Source: Oscillospiraceae bacterium
GTDB taxonomy: Bacteria > Bacillota > Clostridia > Oscillospirales > CAG-272
Direction of reading: 5' to 3'
NCBI GenBank assembly: GCA_015065385.1
Contig: SVQK01000128.1
Location: 188-64,187 of the forward strand
Length of the DNA: 64,000 bases
The position numbers and the translations under genes are program-made. Below are positions 63,635-64,000 of this stretch, piece after piece. The first letter of the stretch is position 1; each line of letters begins with the position of its first letter. The notes under the pieces are model-generated. The model worked only from the letters and a program-made list of their open reading frames with translations. It was not told where the DNA came from and searched no databases.

Positions 63635-64000
63635 TCACCCGCAGTTGCGGATCAGGCGGTCCATGAAGACGGAGGGTGTCACGACTTCCACGTCCCCGTC
63701 CAGCTCGGAAATCAGCTCCGCCACCGCGTCCATGGTGTTCCCGTGCGGCGCGAGCTTCCCGTCCTTCATCCCCGACCACGCGTGAACGATCAGGAACGAA
63801 TAGGCATCCTCGGACTTCGGATCCCGGGAGGCGCGGTTGATCTTGCGCGCGATATAGCCGAGCCCTCCGCCCGCGTGATCCGCCCAGATCATGTATCTGG
63901 CCGAGACGACGGGTTTCCCGTCCAGCCACAGGATCTGCCCGTCGAGGGAGGCGTATCCGCTGTATTCGATATAGAACAGTCCGTCGATGCCGTCCTGCGC
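63635..64000 (-). CDS. Hypothetical protein, C-terminal part (gene continues beyond the window)
   Basis: The frame stays open to the window edge upstream of the first Met (…GYASLDGQILWLDGKPVVSARYMIWADHAGGG…). No family recognised. Confidence 0.5.
   Translation of the reverse strand, partial: AQDGIDGLFYIEYSGYASLDGQILWLDGKPVVSARYMIWADHAGGGLGYIARKINRASRDPKSEDAYSFLIVHAWSGMKDGKLAPHGNTMDAVAELISELDGDVEVVTPSVFMDRLIRNCG

Overview
The window is a GC-rich, densely coding chromosomal segment. Its gene content and signals look Firmicutes/Clostridia-like: near-consensus TTGACA-N17-TATAAT promoters (some with extended -10), GGAGG ribosome-binding sites, and lipoprotein-anchored solute-binding proteins. All calls are by eye, without tools; RNA, promoter and terminator coordinates are approximate to a few nt.

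Gene content:
- 217-12559 (-): a tightly packed 7-gene carbohydrate-type ABC operon. It has a giant solute-binding protein (SBP) with CBM-like modules, two complete permease pairs, an NHL-propeller/Yip1 membrane fusion, and a ~1000-aa secreted protein. It encodes no ATPase.
- 13.5-21.7 kb: a beta-helix lipoprotein, an orphan SBP, a beta-helix enzyme and a GH78-like protein, all glycan-related.
- tRNA-Val, with a duplicated 3' fragment beside it.
- The cadC-cadA metal efflux pair.
- The classical cluster yggS-sepF-yggT-ylmH-divIVA-lspA-rluD.
- truB, diverging from capA-like-rbfA-nrnA-like-sbcD/yhaN-like genes, followed by glpK.
- A DUF2975/YozG-type HTH/lipoprotein operon.
- A tRNA Gly-Arg-His cluster.
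- A lipoprotein barnase plus barstar.
- Acyl-ACP thioesterase, fba, a CaCA antiporter, and mntP behind a yybP-ykoY Mn riboswitch.
- birA; a hypothetical (SCP2-like C-terminus)/aminotransferase/GH39-like group; and a second orphan SBP.
- A small ATPase/NUDIX/methyltransferase/HAD/MATE group, and a URO-D family gene.

Most unusual signals:
1. An unannotated family of AT-rich, structured intergenic repeats. There are two long copies in opposite orientation, with compensatory stem substitutions, plus a short variant and a copy cut by the window edge. These could be a MITE or an ncRNA.
2. The atypical dual-permease ABC operon with its NHL-Yip1 and DUF5696-like components.
3. A ~970-nt non-coding leader region with tandem promoters.
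4. A duplicated ~125-nt promoter/leader module.

No CRISPR array, rRNA, transposase or integrase was seen.
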